The notes beneath the pieces are model-generated. The model saw nothing but the letters and a program-made list of their open reading frames with translations. It did not search any database and was not told where the DNA came from. The translations under genes were made by a program, and so were the position numbers. Positions 56,801 through 64,000 of a stretch of 64,000 bases of DNA are shown here, one piece after another. Each line of letters begins with the position of its first letter. Position 1 is the stretch's first letter. The stretch is from Eledone cirrhosa (taxonomy: Eukaryota), in NCBI GenBank assembly GCA_964016885.1, contig OZ024740.1:372868001-372932000 (forward strand), given 5' to 3'.

Positions 56801-59026
56801 ATCAACATAAAAATGTGATTGTGATGAATTTATGTCCCAAAGTAAACTTTGAATTATTCTACCAGCATAAAACTTTTCAAAATAACTATTAACATGCGTT
56901 TAATAACATATTTAATCTAGGTTTTAAATATGTAGTCCGCAACATACAGGTATGATAAGCGACTCCACATTAGAACTAAAATATAGCATAAACATATTGT
57001 TACTGGATTTGATACATAGAACAGTCACATATCCTTCACGTTACACATCCTTCACGTTACACACTACAATTACGAAAATGGTAAGAACATAGGATAATGT
57101 CAACCCAGATATGTTATATCTGAGCATATAATTAAATGTGCATGCCTGGAAGGACAAGGATTGGGTTGAAATTTCCTTCAATGTATCTTCAATAAACGTT
57201 GCTTCAGATGAAATATTACCATTTGCATTTAGATGCTAGAGCCCCAAATATATCACCGTGTTGTGTTTCCATTTGAGTTATACGTGGAATGTCAGGTAGT
57301 ATGTTGGATACAACTGAGTGACATAATGTTCTTTACATATGATTGATTGTCTTTGCACACCTCCTCCACCTAACATCACCATTTGCAACATAATCATTAG
57401 AATGATTGTAATCGTAGCATTAGGTTTATCGTCCTCTTCATTATCATCATCAAACCATGAAAATCATATCCCGCTTTAATCTGCTCATCAGCATCTTCAT
57501 AATATTTACATATTTAAACTTAGAACATATGTTCCTTCTTTTAAAATAGATTTATACAGTTCTACATCGCTAACATTTCTATTGCTTGCAGAGTCCAGAG
57601 ATGATAGGTAAAAACTGTAAATATTCATAGAATTATTTATATGAATACGTTTGCAGTTGATTATATTTCATTAATCAGTCGCATTAAATGATTTAAATGT
57701 ATCCTACATTCAAGACTAGCAGTAATAGATTCCCAATAAAAATGAGATATAATCATAGACTGTTGGCAGAAATCGTATCCAGTGACATATAGCTCCCTTC
57801 ACCTATATACAAATGTCAGCTGATGAGATTCTGCTAGTCTTAAGTTATACCATAATTAACCTTTAATTACCAATTGAAAGTGTGTTGAAATTCTTTTAAT
57901 GTTTCAATTTTAAATTAATTGATCGCTCTTCTATATTATGTTTGAATGTTGTTTCACGGCGATGACGTAATTCATTTGCTTTAATTCCGTTTATTCCTGT
58001 TACTATTGAGTAAGTTGATATATATAAATGAAGGCGTTGTAAGAATGTGTCTGGATTGCATGTCCTTTGAAATAATATTTAGATTTCCATGTATGCCTAT
58101 TTATTATTCAACACACCTAACTGCATCATACTTTACATGAAGGGCACAAAATCATTTACGAAGAAACATAGAAAAGCTTGTGATAATTAATATACTTTCA
58201 TGATGAGCTTACGTCGATCACATTGAAAAAATTCAATCCCAAATCATGGTCATTGTCATGAATATTATAAACCTTTCTAAAGCCGCCAGCAATTCTACTT
58301 GAAACAAGACGATTGCACATTGAAGTATTCCTTCCATATTTCAACGGCACAGTTCTCATACAGAAAGCATGTTCGAAATTATTCCTTCGTAAATTTCGGA
58401 ATTAACCTTTGCTTTTAAATAATTAATCAATTTCACATTTTCTGTCTCACTAATATTAAGTTCCCTAGCTTAGTGCTTTTTCGTTGAAATCATGTACAAT
58501 TTCACAGTAATAACATGGTCTGTGTATATCATATTGGTGTAATCGAAGTCCCACATTTAACCGTAAAGAAATGTAGAGGTTTGTGTTCGATTTACACGCA
58601 TGCTGATGCCCACTTTCTCCTTTATCCTCGTTTGTATGCCTTGTTATTAGGTAATTGTCTGAAGTCACTCTGTATGGGACGAAAATAAGTTATACTTTAT
58701 GTATATTTTACGTTTGACGATACGCTAGAAAGGAACAATTTGCAGGTTACATTGACTGTTATTCATAAAAAGGAAAAAAATACAGCAGAAAATGCAGGAC
58801 GGATTTTTTCAGTATAATATTAAAACATTTAGTTTTGGGTATTTCCGCATGTAATCGTAGTACCGGTTTCAGCATTATGTGCTTTTTCAGCTGAAACGGG
58901 TACAACGATTAAATGTGGAAATACCCACGTATATTACACCGAAAAAATCCCTCCAGCATTTTCTACTGTATTTTTTTCGTTTTTATTATTTGTTTATATA
59001 TATGGACGCGTGTGTCACTTTTCTAC

Positions 59027-59419
<393 letters not shown>

Positions 59420-59599
59420 TAAAACACGAAAAATCAGTGATTCATATGGACTCAGTTTATAGCGTGTTTCGCCGGCAGGTAGCTGGAGACATGATCACTG
59501 TATGGATCGGGCTGATTCTACGGCTGTAGATTCCTTTGGACACACGCAATTCTTTCGGAGCAAATTTTCTCACAATCACGTTAATGGTATAAATGAAGA

Positions 59600-59880
59600 C
59601 GTAGACTAATATTCTATAAGGTGGTTCGTGGAGACGTTCTCAGGCAATGAACGAAAAAAAAACGAAAATAATACGTCATTATGTGGAACGTTGAGAACAA
59701 TTATATGCAAAGGCAAAACGACGCTTGTGGTATAACTGAAGTCGTAGAATAAAATTCTATTTAGGAAACCGAAGGATTCTCGGCTTCAGAGTTAAGAATA
59801 ATGTAAATAAATTGTATATTTGATATATATTGATCCTCATTTAGCCCTCTTTGGATTTTAGTCTTCAAATTTATTAATAT

Positions 59881-59885
<5 letters not shown>
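59600..59885 (-). mobile_element. Inverted fragment of the 46313-47097 pLTR family plus a short forward tail piece
   Basis: Reverse complement of 59600-59815 matches ~46610-46830; 59843-59880 matches 45260-45292. Confidence 0.75.
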
Positions 59886-59927
<42 letters not shown>

Positions 59928-60242
59928 TATATACATATATATATATATTTATATACATATAAATATATATATATATACATATAAATATATACATATATAT
60001 ATATATATTTATATACATATAAATATATATATATACATATATATATATACATATATATATATATTTATATACATATAAATATATATATATACATATATAT
60101 ATATACATATATATACATATATATTTATATACATATAAATATATATATATACATATATATATATACATATATTTACATATACATATATATACATGCATAT
60201 ATATATATATATATATATATATACATTCATATATATATATAC

Positions 60243-60309
<67 letters not shown>

Positions 60310-60310
60310 C

Positions 60311-60380
<70 letters not shown>

Positions 60381-60384
60381 TTAT

Positions 60385-60565
60385 TTATTTATTAAAATAA
60401 CAGATTAAAGTTTAAGCAAAGAATTGCTGCTTTAGCGATTCTTTGCTTAAACTTTAATCAGTTATTTTAATAAATATTTGCTCTACGGTTTTTATATATT
60501 GTATATATATTTTCCTTATCGAGTCCTCTTTGGATTTTAGTCTTCAATTTTATTACTATTACTAT
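60385..60565 (+). mobile_element. Short fold-back of the same pLTR family, folded within the HHR, with tail
   Basis: tttattaaaataac.gattaaagtttaagcaaagaat / attctttgcttaaactttaatc.gttattttaataaa; tail matches 45210-45295. Confidence 0.82.
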
Positions 60566-60566
60566 A

Positions 60567-60859
<293 letters not shown>

Positions 60860-61058
60860 GCATATATATATATATATATACACAGTTCAAGAGTAACCAA
60901 TCTTAAAGAGAGAGATGGAGATAGGAGAGGAGATAGGAGAGGAGAGATAGGTGAATTAGTTAGAAGCCAAAGTGTAAAGGCATGTGCTCAATGTGCAATA
61001 TGCAGTAGCAAGCAGATACGTGGCTGGGTTCAAGCAGAAGTTAGGCGAGCAGAGCTGG

Positions 61059-62553
61059 AAATATTCATTAGTTAAGCAAAACAAGACCACAAATTTCACA
61101 AGGAAGACATTATTAAAAGATTGTAAACATATTATAGTTTGATGTAAGGAATGTTTGAGAATAATAATAACGATATTAATAATAATAATGTCCGATTACA
61201 ATTGTTTCGCTACTCCATATAATATTTCTGGATCAGATGACTATATATCATTATTGATCTGGTTCAGTTGAAAATAATTAACCTATTTAAAAACAGAGCG
61301 GCTCATCGGAACTTCAAAGGAATATAAGTTAAAATAAGGAGATAATGTTACATAATGTAATGTTCCATATATTGGTATTTCACTATGTTGTCCTGGTTGT
61401 ATCAATTGACAGCCATAATCAAGCAGTATTCATCTGTCGAGGCAGCATTGTGTGAGATCTGCCTATGGGTAACAAGATGGCCACCAAAGGACATATTTAC
61501 CTTACTAATTAGAGGGTGGTTTCAGGGGAAGTAACTCCGCGAGAGATTAGAAATTATGGGTAGTTTATAGTAAAGTGCAAATTTTTAAATGTTTTAATTG
61601 AGAGACAATGTAGGGGAGGTAACTTATAATTACCTAAGTCAGTTATAGCTATCTAATTTATTAGCTACAATTAAAAATGGGGCTAGATGAATATGTTGGG
61701 TCAAATATTCTATTGGCGAAGGAACTAGCCCTTCGATGTTGACAGCTAATAGTTACCTCCGTTCTATCGTTAATCAGTAGAGGTAGTGATAGAGTTATGT
61801 AATATGCTTCGGTAATACAGAGATCACAAGATTTTCTTCGTCCATTGAACGGTTGGGCCCTAGCTACGATATCCCATTTTAGTAAGTGTTCAATGTTGCT
61901 TAATTTAATGTTTTTAATGAGCCTAGCTAGAGATGTCGAACATCTGTTGCTAGGGTCTCCTTCCGAGACTAATAAGTCTAGCTAATAAGTTAAATAGCTA
62001 TAACTAACTTAGATAATTATAAGTTACCTCCCCTACATTGTTTCTCTATAAAAAAATAAAAAATTAGCACTTAACTATAAACTACCCACACTTTCTAATC
62101 TCTCTAGGTGTTACTTCTCCTTAAATCACCCTCTAATTAGTAAGGTAAATATGTCCCTTGGCGGCCATTAAGGCTGACAATTGATACAACCATATTGACA
62201 CCATAGTGAAATACCAATATATGGGACATTACATTATGTAACATTCTCTCCTTATTTTAAATTATATTCATTTGAATTTCCGATGAGCCGCTCTATTTTT
62301 AAATATGTTAATTATTTTCAACTAAACCAGATCAATAATGATATATAGTCATCTGATCCAGAAATATTATATGGAGTAGCGAAACAATTGTAAACGGACA
62401 TGGGTAATTGCTGGCCTTGTGCCTAAAATAGAAACAATTATTATTAATAATATTATTATTTTCTCTTCATTCCTTACATCAAACTAAAATATGTTGACAA
62501 TATTTTAATAATGTCTTCCTTGTGAAATTTGTCGCCTTGTTTCGCTTAACTAA

Positions 62554-62560
<7 letters not shown>
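61059..62560. mobile_element. 1.5-kb fold-back (~600-bp arms), one long-stem-II HHR per arm
   Basis: 61059-61670 vs 61978-62560 inverted; HHR-like at 61194-61312 (minus) and 62277-62395 (plus): tt CCGATGA gccgctc...gagtagc GAAA caattg TA aa; SINE 3' remnant at ~62405-62445 in the right arm only. Confidence 0.85.
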
Positions 62561-62615
<55 letters not shown>

Positions 62616-62915
62616 TATATATATATAAATATATGCAAAAGTTTTATTTAAAATTGTTGGGTTACAACGAGTAAATATTTTATACCTACCAACGAGTAAA
62701 TATTTTATACTGCCAAATCAACTTTTTAAATGGAAGTTGTAATGTTTAAGGTATGTCAAATTTATTTATAAAACGGTTTATATATTGTATTTTGTCTGAG
62801 GAAGGCATACCATATTTTTAATATGATATCCCTGAAATATATAATGAAATAAATATGGTTTTATAAATATAGTTTCCATTTGTTTAATATCGTATATATA
62901 AATATATATGTATAT

Positions 62916-63080
<165 letters not shown>

Positions 63081-63154
63081 CATACATACATACATACATA
63101 CATACATACATACATACATACATACATACATACATACATACATACATACATACA

Positions 63155-63187
<33 letters not shown>

Positions 63188-63286
63188 GAGGAATTTAGTC
63201 CACGCTTTGCTTTTTTCCATCCACTGAATTATTTTTGTATAAGTTCCCTGTGTCCACGTATTGCCTGGAAACTTAGCTGAGAATAG

Positions 63287-63369
63287 ACTTCCCGGATGAC
63301 GAAACGCTTCTCTGTACGCTTCTTCGGAAAGTATCTTTATTCCCTTTCAGAAACTAATTAGTTGGGAGT
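63287..63369 (+). ncRNA. Type I HHR-like motif, U4G, extended stem II (family G)
   Basis: acttcc CGGATGA c gaaa ...40 nt... tttc a GAAA ctaattag TT gggagt. Confidence 0.6.
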
Positions 63370-63540
63370 GAAATTTTAGTAAGTAAGTTAATTTTATAAT
63401 TTTCTTATTTTACGTCTCTCATATTATTGTTCTGCAACCCCATGCATTGAACCACAAAGTTACTAAGACAAAACCTATATATTTGCTAGCATAAGTATGC
63501 ATCTGTGTATATATATATGTTACTAGATATACTAATTCTT

Positions 63541-63636
<96 letters not shown>

Positions 63637-63669
63637 CATATATATAAAAATGTATATATATATAAATAA

Positions 63670-63724
<55 letters not shown>

Positions 63725-63753
63725 CATATATATAAAAATGTATATATATATAA

Positions 63754-63817
<64 letters not shown>

Positions 63818-64000
63818 CGTTTCTGAATTTGTTTAGCAAGATTCTTTATATGTATATGCCTATCTTTGGAAACGTGAACATGGGCGCCTTACCATCATAA
63901 CCTTCATCGACATGAAATTTATATTTTAGCCAGAAAAGAAAGGAGAGTAACAATTACATTTACTACACCTTCCTCGGGTGATAGACGTGATATTCAACTT

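Noticed and set aside
57818-57845. CTGATGAG motif
   Set aside because: No GAAA or stems follow

Overview
AT-rich eukaryotic non-coding DNA, probably from an octopod cephalopod (inferred from SINE fragments such as 'ttatcgaccccgtaaggatgaaaggcaaa' and very dense (TA)n/(CA)n/(GA)n microsatellites). No host protein-coding exon can be supported; nearly all listed ORFs are microsatellite artefacts. Recognisable content is transposon-derived: a 5'-truncated L1/Tx1 LINE with a 15-bp TSD, several RTE LINE fragments (one with a twin-priming-type inversion), a hAT-like transposase remnant, SINE pieces and a tRNA-like cloverleaf. There are also Naiad-type Penelope-like elements (PLEs): one decayed RT+GIY-YIG copy, one RT-less GIY-YIG-only copy between direct pLTRs, and one C-terminal remnant. 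The main signal is about 20 type I hammerhead ribozyme (HHR) motifs, intact or decayed, from about 10 unrelated non-coding families. They sit in (TA)n-embedded asymmetric fold-back or tandem elements. Many have non-canonical cores (compensated U3-A8, U4C/U4G, A9U), palindromic stem III, or a stem II enlarged to 50-95 nt. One family is a near-identical 595-bp tandem unit with one HHR per unit (retrozyme-like). All folds were read by eye and element borders are approximate.
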